Below, piece after piece: positions 1-10,226 of a stretch of 64,000 nt of DNA. The stretch covers positions 13,688 through 77,687 of the forward strand of contig JARRNJ010000023.1 in assembly GCA_037385045.1 (NCBI GenBank), written 5' to 3'. This DNA is from Gammaproteobacteria bacterium (GTDB taxonomy: Bacteria > Pseudomonadota > Gammaproteobacteria > JASBUN01). How positions within the stretch are numbered: the first letter of the stretch is position 1; each line of letters starts with the position of its first letter. The position numbers were made by a program, and so were the translations under genes. Below the pieces are notes generated by a model. The model worked only from the letters and a program-made list of their open reading frames with translations, did not search any database and was not told the DNA's origin.

Positions 1-440
1 CGCCGGAGAAGTCCGGCATGGAGAAGATCTTCGAGGTGAGGGAGACCGACCGCGACGTTTCGTTTCTGCGCCGCTTCCTCACCGAGGACCTGATGCGCGA
101 ACTCGACCTTTTCGAGTACCAGCGCGAAGGCGACAAGACCGTGGTGTCGCAGGTGTCCGATGAGCAGCATTGGGAGGACGTGAAGAGGACGCTGCTGCAG
201 AACACCGGGATGGCGTCGATGCCGGTGATCCGCATCATCGATGCGGACTACCAGCACAGCCGTGTGCTGTATCTGGAGCACGATTTCGACGGGCGCGAAC
301 TGCAGCGCGAATACCTGGAAAAGACGCTGGAGCATCTCTACCGTTTGTGGGGAAGGAAAGTCATGTTGCGCACGTACATGCAGGACGAGGAGGCGACCTT
401 TTACTTCGATGAGGGCGGAACCGGAATGGTGCGCGACTGA
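1..440 (+). CDS. spoVR: SpoVR family protein, C-terminal part (5'-truncated by window edge)
   Basis: Frame is open from position 3 (PEKSGMEKIFEVRE...). Motifs FLRRFLTEDLMRELDLF, P-I-I-DADY, LEHDFDGREL and LYRLWGRKV match the SpoVR C-terminus. Confidence 0.8.
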   Translation, partial: PEKSGMEKIFEVRETDRDVSFLRRFLTEDLMRELDLFEYQREGDKTVVSQVSDEQHWEDVKRTLLQNTGMASMPVIRIIDADYQHSRVLYLEHDFDGRELQREYLEKTLEHLYRLWGRKVMLRTYMQDEEATFYFDEGGTGMVRD

Positions 441-499
441 CCCGGTGGTTGGATGCCGGCGCCGCTGTGTGCGGCTGCGGCGCCGGTGATAGGTCGCCG

Positions 500-1201
500 A
501 TGGGTTCAGCGCGGGCCGTGAAAATTCTCCAGCGTCCAATCCAGGTGGCCGACGATGTCATCGTCTCCAGCGCCTGGGCCGTGCCGCGGGGCTGCCAGAC
601 CGGCAGCGCGCCGGTGCTGGTGCTGGCCCACGGCGCCGGCAACGACATGCAAAATCCATTGCTCAGCTACGTGCATGAGCAGACGGCGGCAGCCGGGCTG
701 CCGTGCGTGAAATTCAATTTCCCGTACAAGGAGCAGGGACGCAGGGCGCCTGACCGTCCGGCGCTGCTGCAGGCGTGCTGGCGGGCGGTGGCGGATGCGG
801 TGCGGGAGGATCCGGAGCTGGCGCCGTCGCAGTTGTTCCTGGGCGGCAAGAGCATGGGCGGGCGTATGGCGTCGATGCTCGCCTCCTCGGGCTATCCGTG
901 CACTGGCCTGGTGTTCCTCGGTTATCCGCTGCATCCGGCCCGCAAGCTGCACAGCCTGCGTACCGACCACTGGCCCCGCATCCGCTGCCCGGTGTTGTTC
1001 ATACAGGGGACGCGGGATCGTTTGTGCGACCTGCAACGGCTGCGGGGCGCGCTGGACGGACTGGAGGCGCCGGCAACGCTGCACGTGATCGAAGGGGCCG
1101 ATCATGCATTCAAGGTTCTCAAACGGCTGGGTCGCAGCGACTTGGACGTGTGGGCCGAGATCGTCTCGGTGACGACCGCCTGGATCCGCGGTCGGACGTG
1201 A
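500..1201 (+). CDS. Alpha/beta hydrolase (KANL3/Tex30-like, dienelactone hydrolase-related)
   Basis: LAHGAG, nucleophile elbow GGKSMGGR, LGYPLHP, QGTRD, GADH. Start uncertain (ATG 500 or GTG 518). Confidence 0.85.
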   Translation: MGSARAVKILQRPIQVADDVIVSSAWAVPRGCQTGSAPVLVLAHGAGNDMQNPLLSYVHEQTAAAGLPCVKFNFPYKEQGRRAPDRPALLQACWRAVADAVREDPELAPSQLFLGGKSMGGRMASMLASSGYPCTGLVFLGYPLHPARKLHSLRTDHWPRIRCPVLFIQGTRDRLCDLQRLRGALDGLEAPATLHVIEGADHAFKVLKRLGRSDLDVWAEIVSVTTAWIRGRT

Positions 1202-1215
1202 CTGGATTGCGGGTG

Positions 1216-1749
1216 TCAGGACAGGTCGGCGGCGAAGATCTCGCAGTTGTCGAAGCCGGGTTCCGGCAGCTGCGCGTCGTCCAGGCCGTGGACATGAGCG
1301 TAGAACACCCGCAGGGTCTCTTCGTGCGCCACCACCAGCACCGTGTCATAGGGTTGCCGCCGCAGCCAGTCGAGGAAACCCAGCACCCGTTGCTTGTGCT
1401 CGATCAGTGACTCGCCGCCGGCGGGCCTGGCGTGCAGGGGATCGTCGGCAATTGCGCGCTGATACTCGCCCACCGGTCGTCCGTCGTGCCCGGAGCGGAT
1501 GTCGTTGAGGGCCGGGCGAACGTCGATCGGCGCGCCATGATACCGGTTGACGATCTCGGCGGTCTGGCCGGTGCGCGGCAGTGGAGACACGAAGATCCGT
1601 TGCAACGGTGTTGCCCGCAGCCGCTCGGCCGCCTGGCGCGCCTGGTGCAGCCCGGTCCGGTTGCGGTAGACCGGGCGCCGCGGATCGCTGTTGCACAGTC
1701 CCTTGCGGTTGAAATCCGTCTGGCCGTGGCGCATAAAATAGGCACGCAT
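1216..1749 (-). CDS. Histidine phosphatase (phosphoglycerate mutase) family protein
   Basis: N-terminal RHG motif (MRAYFMRHGQT), SPLPR, GGES, VVAH. GAGG upstream of ATG 1749. Confidence 0.85.
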   Translation of the reverse strand: MRAYFMRHGQTDFNRKGLCNSDPRRPVYRNRTGLHQARQAAERLRATPLQRIFVSPLPRTGQTAEIVNRYHGAPIDVRPALNDIRSGHDGRPVGEYQRAIADDPLHARPAGGESLIEHKQRVLGFLDWLRRQPYDTVLVVAHEETLRVFYAHVHGLDDAQLPEPGFDNCEIFAADLS

Positions 1750-1934
1750 GGCAGTGTCCTCGCTGCAGCGGAGCGGGCAAGCCGCTGTCGTCCGGGCTGT
1801 GATGATAACAAGCGGCCGCGGCGCTGCCGTGGTCGCGGACGGGGCCGCGCGCCGCGATGGTCGTGTCGGTCCCGGTGAATTCCTTTCCACACAAGAACTA
1901 ATGGCGCGGCCTCCGGGCGCCTTCCGCGCCGATA

Positions 1935-1992
1935 ATACTTGACGGCAGGAGTCAGGTATTTATACTAATGCCTGACTAAATCGATCAGCTAT
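1935..1992 (+). promoter_or_regulatory. Two tandem IscR/Rrf2 type-1-like operators overlapping a sigma70 promoter of the suf operon
   Basis: ATACTTGAC-N7-GTCAGGTAT (1935-1959) and ATGCCTGACTAAATCGATCAGCTAT (1968-1992) fit the 25-bp IscR type-1 consensus ATASYYGACTRwwwYAGTCRRSTAT. -35 TTGACG 1939-1944, 16-nt spacer, -10 TATACT 1961-1966. Confidence 0.8.
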
Positions 1993-2053
1993 TGACTGGT
2001 GCCTGTCGGCGGCCTGTACCGAGGCCGCAACCGGGGCACCGACGGAGGTCAGG

Positions 2054-3502
<1,449 letters not shown>

Positions 3503-3518
3503 ACGTCAGGAGTCCATC

Positions 3519-4295
3519 ATGCTGAGTATCAGGAATCTGCACGCACAAATTGACGGTAAGGAAATTCTCAAGGGCATCGATCTCGAGGTCAGTCCCGGCG
3601 AGGTGCACGCGATCATGGGCCCCAACGGTTCGGGTAAGAGCACCCTCGCCAACGTCCTGGCCGGGCGGGACAACTTTGAGGTCACTGCCGGGGACATCGT
3701 CTATCAGGGCCGGGACCTTGCCGATCTGTCCCCTGAGGAACGCGCCCGGGAGGGAATCTTCCTCGCTTTCCAGTACCCGGTGGAGATCCCCGGGGTGAGC
3801 AACATCTACTTGATGAAAGCCGCCCTCAACGCGGTGCGCAAACACCGCGGCGAGGAGGAACTCGACGCCATGGATTTTCTCACTCTGGTCAAGGACAAGA
3901 TGAAGCTGGTGGAGATGAAGGAAGAGTTTCTCTACCGCTCGGTCAACGAGGGGTTTTCCGGCGGCGAGAAGAAACGCAACGAGATTCTGCAGATGGCGGT
4001 GCTGGAGCCGAAGCTGGCGGTGCTGGACGAGACCGATTCAGGCCTCGATATCGACGCCCTGAAAGTGGTCGCCAATGGTGTCAACGCCCTGCGCAGCCCG
4101 GAACGTTCGGTGATCCTCGTCACCCACTACCAGCGGCTGCTGGACTATATCGTCCCCGACCGGGTGCATGTGCTGGCCCACGGGCGCATCATCCGCTCCG
4201 GTGGCCGCGAGCTGGCGCTGGAGCTGGAGGAACACGGTTACGGTTGGATCGAGCAGCAGGCGCCGCACGCCGGTGCCGGGGACGGTGCGTCGTGA
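3519..4295 (+). CDS. sufC: Fe-S cluster assembly ABC ATPase SufC
   Basis: Walker A GPNGSGKST, LAFQYPVEIPGV, FSGGEKKRNE, LDETDSGLDIDAL, THYQRLL. Confidence 0.98.
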   Translation: MLSIRNLHAQIDGKEILKGIDLEVSPGEVHAIMGPNGSGKSTLANVLAGRDNFEVTAGDIVYQGRDLADLSPEERAREGIFLAFQYPVEIPGVSNIYLMKAALNAVRKHRGEEELDAMDFLTLVKDKMKLVEMKEEFLYRSVNEGFSGGEKKRNEILQMAVLEPKLAVLDETDSGLDIDALKVVANGVNALRSPERSVILVTHYQRLLDYIVPDRVHVLAHGRIIRSGGRELALELEEHGYGWIEQQAPHAGAGDGAS

Positions 4296-5632
4296 GTGCG
4301 CCGGCGGAGGCTACCGACCACTGGCTGGCGGATTACCGGCGGGTCGAGCCCGATCTCCCGGGGGGCCGGCTTGCCTGGCTGCAGCGGTTGCGGATCCACG
4401 CCCTCGATGCCTTCGCCGAGTCCGGGCTGCCGACCACGCGCCAGGAGGCGTGGAAGTACACTGACGTGAAGCCCATCGCCCGGCGTACGTTTGCTCCGGC
4501 CGTTGTCGAGAGCCGGCCGGATGCCGCAGTGCTGCGCCGGGAGCAGGCGCTGGCGTCCGGCGACGCCGCGCGTCTGGTGTTCATTGACGGGCGCTTTGCG
4601 CCCGAGGTATCGGATGCGGCGCGGCTTCCCGAGGGTGCCACCGTCGCCAGCCTGGCGTCAGTGCTCGAGCAACCCCAGACAATTCTGGAGCCCTACCTGG
4701 GCAGTTGCATGGCAGAGGCCGATCAGGGCTTCGCAGCCCTCAATACCGCGTTCATGCGCGACGGCGCCTACGTGCATCTGTCCCGTGGCACGGTGCTGGA
4801 ACAGCCGATTGAACTGCTGTACGTTTCCAGCGGCGCGCCCGACCGGGTCGCTCATCTGCGCAACCTGATCATTGCCGAGGAAGGTGCCGCCGCTGTGGTG
4901 GTGGAGAACTATGTCAGCCTCGCCGACGGCGCTCACTTCACCAATGCGGTGACGGAGGTGATCGCGGAGCGCAACGCCCAAGTGGAACACTACAAACTGG
5001 GGCACGAGAGCGATCAGGCCTATCACATCGGCGCCATCCATGTGCGCCAGCAGCGCGACAGCCGCTTCGCTTCCCACAGCGTCGCCCTGGGCGGGCGTCT
5101 GGTACGAAACGAGCTGCACGTAAACCTGGAGGCCGAAGGCTGCGAATGCGCGCTGAACGGCCTTTATCTGACACGCGGACGCCAGCACGTGGACAATCAC
5201 ACCCGCATTGATCATCGCGCGCCGCACACGACCAGCCGGCAATTCTACAAGGGTGTATTGGACGGTCGCTCGCGGGCCGTATTCAGCGGCCGCGTCATGG
5301 TGCACCAGGACGCGCAAAAGACCGACGCGCAGCAGAGCAACGACAACCTGTTGCTCTCGGAGCACTCCGAAGCCGACAGCCGCCCGCAGTTGGAAATCTA
5401 TGCCGACGACGTCAAGTGTTCGCACGGCACCACGGTGGGGCAGCTGGACCCGGATTCGCTGTTCTACCTACGCTCGCGCGGGGTGGGCCTGGACCGCGCC
5501 CGCAGCCTGCTGGTGTATGCGTTCGCCGCCGACGTGCTGGAACGTATGAAACTGATGCCTGTACGCGAACAGCTCGAGCGGGTGTTGACGGGCCAGCTGC
5601 TGGATGGACAATCGGTAAGGGGGCTGGAATGA
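4292..5632 (+). CDS. sufD: Fe-S cluster assembly protein SufD
   Basis: LPTTRQEAWKYT, AQKTDA, PQLEIYADDVKCSHG, FYLRSRG. GTG start overlaps the sufC stop (GTGA). Confidence 0.95.
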   Translation: MSAPAEATDHWLADYRRVEPDLPGGRLAWLQRLRIHALDAFAESGLPTTRQEAWKYTDVKPIARRTFAPAVVESRPDAAVLRREQALASGDAARLVFIDGRFAPEVSDAARLPEGATVASLASVLEQPQTILEPYLGSCMAEADQGFAALNTAFMRDGAYVHLSRGTVLEQPIELLYVSSGAPDRVAHLRNLIIAEEGAAAVVVENYVSLADGAHFTNAVTEVIAERNAQVEHYKLGHESDQAYHIGAIHVRQQRDSRFASHSVALGGRLVRNELHVNLEAEGCECALNGLYLTRGRQHVDNHTRIDHRAPHTTSRQFYKGVLDGRSRAVFSGRVMVHQDAQKTDAQQSNDNLLLSEHSEADSRPQLEIYADDVKCSHGTTVGQLDPDSLFYLRSRGVGLDRARSLLVYAFAADVLERMKLMPVREQLERVLTGQLLDGQSVRGLE

Positions 5633-6897
5633 GTGTGGCGGAGGACACCATGACCAGGGGTCTTACGGGACGCGGTTTCGATGTGGGGGCGGTGCGGCGG
5701 GACTTCCCGGTGCTGCACCAGCGGGTCCACGACCGCGGGCTGGTGTATCTCGACAATGCCGCCAGCGCCCACAAACCGCGCCAAGTGATCGACGCGGTCA
5801 GCCGCTTTTATGAAAACGATTACTCCAACGTGCACCGCGGCGTGCATGCCCTCAGCGAGCGTGCCACCCGAGCCTATGAGGACGCCCGCGACCGGGTACG
5901 TGGTTTTGTCAACGCAGCCGACCGTCGCGAAATCATTTTCGTGCGCGGCACCACTGAAGCCATCAATCTGGTGGCCAGCAGCTATGGCCAGAGCGAGCTG
6001 CGTTCAGGTGACGAGATCCTGATCACGGCGATCGAGCACCATGCCAATATCGTGCCCTGGCAACTGTTGTGCCAGCGCACCGGAGCGACGTTGCGAGTCG
6101 CGCCCGTGGACGACCGCGGCGCGCTGGACATGGATGCGTTTGGCGAGCTGCTGGGCCCGCGGACCCGGCTGGTGGCGGTGACCCATGTTTCCAACGCTCT
6201 GGGCACGGTGCTGCCGGTGGCCGAGATCATCGAACTTGCCCATGCCGCCGGCGCCAGGGTGCTGGTGGACGGCGCCCAGTCGGCGCCTCATTTCCCCGTG
6301 GACGTACAGGCCCTGGATTGTGATTTCTTCGCCTTCTCGGGTCACAAGATGTACGGCCCTACTGGAATCGGGGTGCTGTACGGCAAGGCGGAGCTGCTGT
6401 CGGCCATGCCCCCTTACCAGGGCGGCGGGGAGATGATCCGGCAGGTCAGTTTCGAGAAAACCACCTATGCCGACATTCCCTACCGTTTCGAGGCCGGGAC
6501 CCCCCACATTGCCGGAGCTGTCGGCCTGGCGGCGGCCATTGATTACCTGGAGGACATCGGTCTCGACGCCATCGACCGCCATGAAGCGGAATTGCTGCGC
6601 TACGCCACCGGACAGCTGACGCAGATCGACGGATTGCGCATCGTCGGCACCGCCCCGGAGAAGGCCGGCATCATCTCGTTCGTGCTCAACGGAATCCACG
6701 CCCACGATATCGGAACGATCCTGGACCGTCAGGGCGTGGCGGTGCGGGTCGGCCACCACTGCGCCATGCCGGCGATGAGGCGTTTTGGCGTCCCGGCGAC
6801 GGCGCGGGCCGCGTTTGCCCTCTACAACACCCGCGCCGAGGTGGACGCGCTGGTCGCCGCCATCGAAAAGGTGAAGGAGGTATTCGGCCATGTCTGA
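5629..6897 (+). CDS. sufS: Cysteine desulfurase SufS (group II)
   Basis: YLDNAAS, NVHRGVH, EHHANIVPWQ, PLP lysine in FSGHKMYGPTG, catalytic RVGHHCA. ATGA overlap with sufD. Confidence 0.97.
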   Translation: MSVAEDTMTRGLTGRGFDVGAVRRDFPVLHQRVHDRGLVYLDNAASAHKPRQVIDAVSRFYENDYSNVHRGVHALSERATRAYEDARDRVRGFVNAADRREIIFVRGTTEAINLVASSYGQSELRSGDEILITAIEHHANIVPWQLLCQRTGATLRVAPVDDRGALDMDAFGELLGPRTRLVAVTHVSNALGTVLPVAEIIELAHAAGARVLVDGAQSAPHFPVDVQALDCDFFAFSGHKMYGPTGIGVLYGKAELLSAMPPYQGGGEMIRQVSFEKTTYADIPYRFEAGTPHIAGAVGLAAAIDYLEDIGLDAIDRHEAELLRYATGQLTQIDGLRIVGTAPEKAGIISFVLNGIHAHDIGTILDRQGVAVRVGHHCAMPAMRRFGVPATARAAFALYNTRAEVDALVAAIEKVKEVFGHV

Positions 6898-7333
6898 CCT
6901 GCGGGATCTTTATGAAGAGGTGATCCTCGAGCACAACCGCAACCCGCGCAATTTCCCCAAGAATCCGCAGGGTGCGAATCATCACGCCCACGGTTACAAC
7001 CCGCTGTGCGGCGACGAATTCAGCATTCACCTCAAGATCGACGACGGAATCATCACCGATGTCGGTTTCGAAGGCGCCGGCTGCGCCATTTCCACCGCCT
7101 CCGCCTCCATGATGACCGAAGCGATGAAAGGCAAGAGCGTCGAGGAAGCCGAGCGGCTGTTCCGCGAGATGCATGAGCTGCTGACCGAAAAGGGAGAGCA
7201 TCCGGAGCTGGGCAAGCTGGTGGTGCTCGCCGGGGTGCGGGAGTACCCCATGCGCGTGAAATGTGCGACCCTGGCCTGGCATACTCTGCAGGCCGCGCTG
7301 CACGGTGAAGACGAAACCATTACCACGGAGTAA
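6890..7333 (+). CDS. sufU: SUF system NifU-family scaffold/sulfur acceptor SufU
   Basis: NPLCGD, GCAISTASAS, RVKCATLAW; overlaps the sufS end. Confidence 0.95.
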   Translation: MSDLRDLYEEVILEHNRNPRNFPKNPQGANHHAHGYNPLCGDEFSIHLKIDDGIITDVGFEGAGCAISTASASMMTEAMKGKSVEEAERLFREMHELLTEKGEHPELGKLVVLAGVREYPMRVKCATLAWHTLQAALHGEDETITTE

Positions 7334-7339
7334 TACGCC

Positions 7340-7681
7340 ATGGCGACGGCAGGCACCGATCGGGCCGAGACGCCGGATGCCCTCCGGCAGCAGATCGTGG
7401 AGGCGCTGCGCAAGGTGTACGACCCGGAAATTCCCGTCAATATCTACGACCTGGGGCTGATCTACCGCCTTGACGTTGACGCCGCGAGCGGTCGGGTGGA
7501 GCTGGACATGACGCTGACCGCGCCCGGCTGCCCGGTGGCGCAGACTTTCCCGTGCACGGTCGAGTGCGCGGTGCGCGAAGTGCCGGGCGTCAACGAGGTA
7601 AAGGTGGAGCTGGTGTGGGATCCGCCCTGGACCCAGGAACGCATGTCCGAGGCCGCGCGCCTGCAGCTGGGTTTGTTGTGA
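7340..7681 (+). CDS. SUF-associated DUF59 (PaaD/SufT-like) Fe-S assembly protein
   Basis: YDPEIPVNIYDLGLIY, MTLTAPGCP, VWDPPW, MSEAARLQLG. Confidence 0.92.
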   Translation: MATAGTDRAETPDALRQQIVEALRKVYDPEIPVNIYDLGLIYRLDVDAASGRVELDMTLTAPGCPVAQTFPCTVECAVREVPGVNEVKVELVWDPPWTQERMSEAARLQLGLL

Positions 7682-7762
7682 TGCAATCGGCCAGCGCTGG
7701 CGCGGGAATTGGCGCAGGTGCCGGTGCTCGTCTATGTTTGGCGGCAAGTAACAGGAGAGCGC

Positions 7763-8083
7763 ATGTCCGACTGGATCGATGTGGCGCAGGCCGACGAGAT
7801 TCCGTGCGGCAGCTACCGGGTTGTGGATCTGGACGGCGAGGACATCGCCGTCTTCAACCTCGACGGTGAGTTGTACGCCATCCAGGATCTGTGCACCCAT
7901 GACGGGGGCGAATTGACCGGTGGCGAACGCTGTGGCTTTGAGATCGAATGCCCGCGCCACGGTGCCCGCTTCAACATCAAGACCGGCGAGGTTACCGCGC
8001 CGCCTGCCTACGAACCCGTACACACCTTCCCGGTGCGCGTGCATAGCGGCAAAATCCAGCTGCGCGACGACCGCCTCGACTGA
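7763..8083 (+). CDS. Rieske [2Fe-2S] ferredoxin (non-heme iron oxygenase ferredoxin-like)
   Basis: CTH...CPRHGARF Rieske ligands. AGGAG RBS before ATG 7763. Confidence 0.92.
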   Translation: MSDWIDVAQADEIPCGSYRVVDLDGEDIAVFNLDGELYAIQDLCTHDGGELTGGERCGFEIECPRHGARFNIKTGEVTAPPAYEPVHTFPVRVHSGKIQLRDDRLD

Positions 8084-8178
8084 CTTCCCAGGCGGCATGA
8101 CCGCCGCCACCGTTTCGCCGGCGGGCCTGCGGTCGCTCCCGGCCCGCTTTCACCTGCTGCCAACACCCGGAGGCTGCC

Positions 8179-8676
8179 ATGGGCATTGTCGACGGATTCA
8201 AGCAGTACCTGAAATCGTTTCTGCTGCTGGAGCTCGGCCGCGGGATGGCGCTCACCGCCAGGCGGCTGTTCAGCAACAAAGTCACCGTGCTCTATCCGGA
8301 GGAGAAGACGCCCCAGTCAGGGCGCTTCCGCGGCCTGCACGCGCTGCGCCGCTATCCCAACGGCGAGGAGCGCTGCATCGCCTGCAAGCTGTGTGAGGCG
8401 GTGTGCCCCGCCGTCTGCATCACCATTGATTCCGAGCCGCGCGAAGACGGCACCCGGCGCACCACCCGTTATGACATCGAATTGTTCAAATGCGTATGGT
8501 GCGGGTTCTGCGAAGAGGCATGCCCGGTGGATGCCATCGTGCTGACCCGCCATTACGAGTTTCACTTCGAAAAACGCGGCGAAGAGCTGATGACCAAGGA
8601 AAAGCTGTTGGCGTTCGGCGATCGCATGGAGGAGCAGATTGCCGCCGACCGCGCCGCCGACGCGCGCTACCGGTGA
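8179..8676 (+). CDS. nuoI: NADH-quinone oxidoreductase subunit I (stand-alone copy)
   Basis: [72 protein letters not shown]. Confidence 0.93.
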   Translation: MGIVDGFKQYLKSFLLLELGRGMALTARRLFSNKVTVLYPEEKTPQSGRFRGLHALRRYPNGEERCIACKLCEAVCPAVCITIDSEPREDGTRRTTRYDIELFKCVWCGFCEEACPVDAIVLTRHYEFHFEKRGEELMTKEKLLAFGDRMEEQIAADRAADARYR

Positions 8677-8691
8677 GCGCCTGGCGCGCGA

Positions 8692-9036
8692 TCAGGCCGG
8701 GTCCTTGCCGCCGCCCGGCGGTTTCGCCGGCAGTGGAAACGGGGTGATGGTGCCCTGGGCGTCAACGCCCGCGGTGATCTTGTTGGGACCTTCCTTGTCC
8801 ACTTCATCGATGCGCACCACCGCCTGCAGCGGGATGAACGTGCGCTTGACGCCGGCGAACTCCGACTTCAGGCGCTCCTCGGACGGATCCACCAGCACCG
8901 ACGAACGTTCGCCAAAGATCAGCTCCTCCACCTCCACGAACGCATACAGCCCACCCTGGCTGACTTTGCGGGCATGCAGCTCGTAGATATTGCCCTGATT
9001 GTGAAAGACGATGCGGTAGATGGGTTTTCGGCTCAT
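8692..9036 (-). CDS. DUF1820 family protein
   Basis: IYRIVFHNQGNIYELHA...FVEVEELIFGERS...VDPSEERLKSEF...RIDEVDKEG signature. Confidence 0.85.
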   Translation of the reverse strand: MSRKPIYRIVFHNQGNIYELHARKVSQGGLYAFVEVEELIFGERSSVLVDPSEERLKSEFAGVKRTFIPLQAVVRIDEVDKEGPNKITAGVDAQGTITPFPLPAKPPGGGKDPA

Positions 9037-9148
9037 GGCGGCGACAGTCCGGCAATCGCTGGGATCGACGGTCAGTATACCAAACTCGAACGCCCGCGGG
9101 GTCGGCGACGCTATTGCCCGGCGGCGACCGGCGCGGGAAAATGACCGC

Positions 9149-9718
9149 GTGAGCCGATGCCGCATCTCCCATGTCGTCGGGTTCGACGACGCGCCGTTCG
9201 CCCGTACCCATCGCGGTGATGTGCTGGTGGTCGGCGCCGTGTTCGCCGGCGCCCGCCTGGAAGGGGTGTTGAGCGGACGCGTGCGGCGCGACGGCGCCAA
9301 CGCCACCCGGGTGCTGGCCGCGCTGGTCGCCGGGTCCCGGTTCGCCGCCCACTTGCAGGCGGTGATGCTGCAGGGCATCGCCTTTGCCGGATTCAATGTG
9401 GTGGATCTCGAGGCGCTGCACCAGGCATTGGCACTGCCGGTGATGGTCGTCGCCCGCAAAAAGCCGGACCTGGATGCCATCCGCCGTGCGCTGCTGCAGC
9501 GGGTGCCCGGTGGGGCGCGAAAATGGGCGCTGATCGAGCGCGCCGGGCCGATGCGCCGCCTCGGCCGCGTGTACGTGCAGTGCGCGGGCATCGACCCCGA
9601 GGCCGCGGGCGGTGTGCTGCAGCGTTTCACCGTCAACAGCCTGGTTCCGGAGCCGCTGCGCGTGGCTCACCTCATTGCCGGCGGCGTCGTTGAGGGCGAA
9701 AGCCGTCATCGCGTATGA
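9149..9718 (+). CDS. DUF99/UPF0215 family protein (endonuclease V-like fold)
   Basis: VVGFDDAPF, DGANAT, LQGIAFAGFNVVD, PEPLRVAHLIA. GTG start inferred. Confidence 0.85.
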   Translation: MSRCRISHVVGFDDAPFARTHRGDVLVVGAVFAGARLEGVLSGRVRRDGANATRVLAALVAGSRFAAHLQAVMLQGIAFAGFNVVDLEALHQALALPVMVVARKKPDLDAIRRALLQRVPGGARKWALIERAGPMRRLGRVYVQCAGIDPEAAGGVLQRFTVNSLVPEPLRVAHLIAGGVVEGESRHRV

Positions 9719-9742
9719 CCCTGGCCATAGCGGAGAATCGGC

Positions 9743-10180
9743 ATGCGTGAACTGATCAGGTTCGGGACCGACCAGCGGGAACAGCTGGTGGACATCACTG
9801 AAGCCGTGCAGGACGTTGTGGCGCGCAGCGGCGTGCGCGATGGGCTGGTGGCCTTGTATGCCCAGGGTGCCACCGCGGCGCTCATGATCCAGGAAAACTG
9901 GGACGACAGCGTGCCCATCGACGTGGTGGAGTTCCTGCGCGGGCTCATCCCCCGCGGCGTCTGGCGCCACGATGCCCAGGACGGCAACGGCGACGCCCAT
10001 CTCAAATCGGGGCTGGTGGGACCTTCGGAAGTCCTGCCGCTCATCGACGGTGAGCTGGGGCTGTCACGTTGGCAGAATGTGTTTTTCTGCGAATTCGACG
10101 GCCCGCGTCGGCAACGCACCGTGGTCTGCACCGTGTTGGCCGACGCGCCTCCATATGACCGTGCCGTGAGCCCGCAATGA
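9743..10180 (+). CDS. yjbQ: YjbQ/UPF0047 family (secondary thiamine-phosphate synthase)
   Basis: LVDIT, TAALMIQEN, HD...GNGDAHLKS, WQNVFFCEFDGPR. Confidence 0.9.
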   Translation: MRELIRFGTDQREQLVDITEAVQDVVARSGVRDGLVALYAQGATAALMIQENWDDSVPIDVVEFLRGLIPRGVWRHDAQDGNGDAHLKSGLVGPSEVLPLIDGELGLSRWQNVFFCEFDGPRRQRTVVCTVLADAPPYDRAVSPQ

Positions 10181-10226
10181 ATCCGGCCGAACCGGCGCAG
10201 TGCATTTTCACATCCCTCTGACCGCA

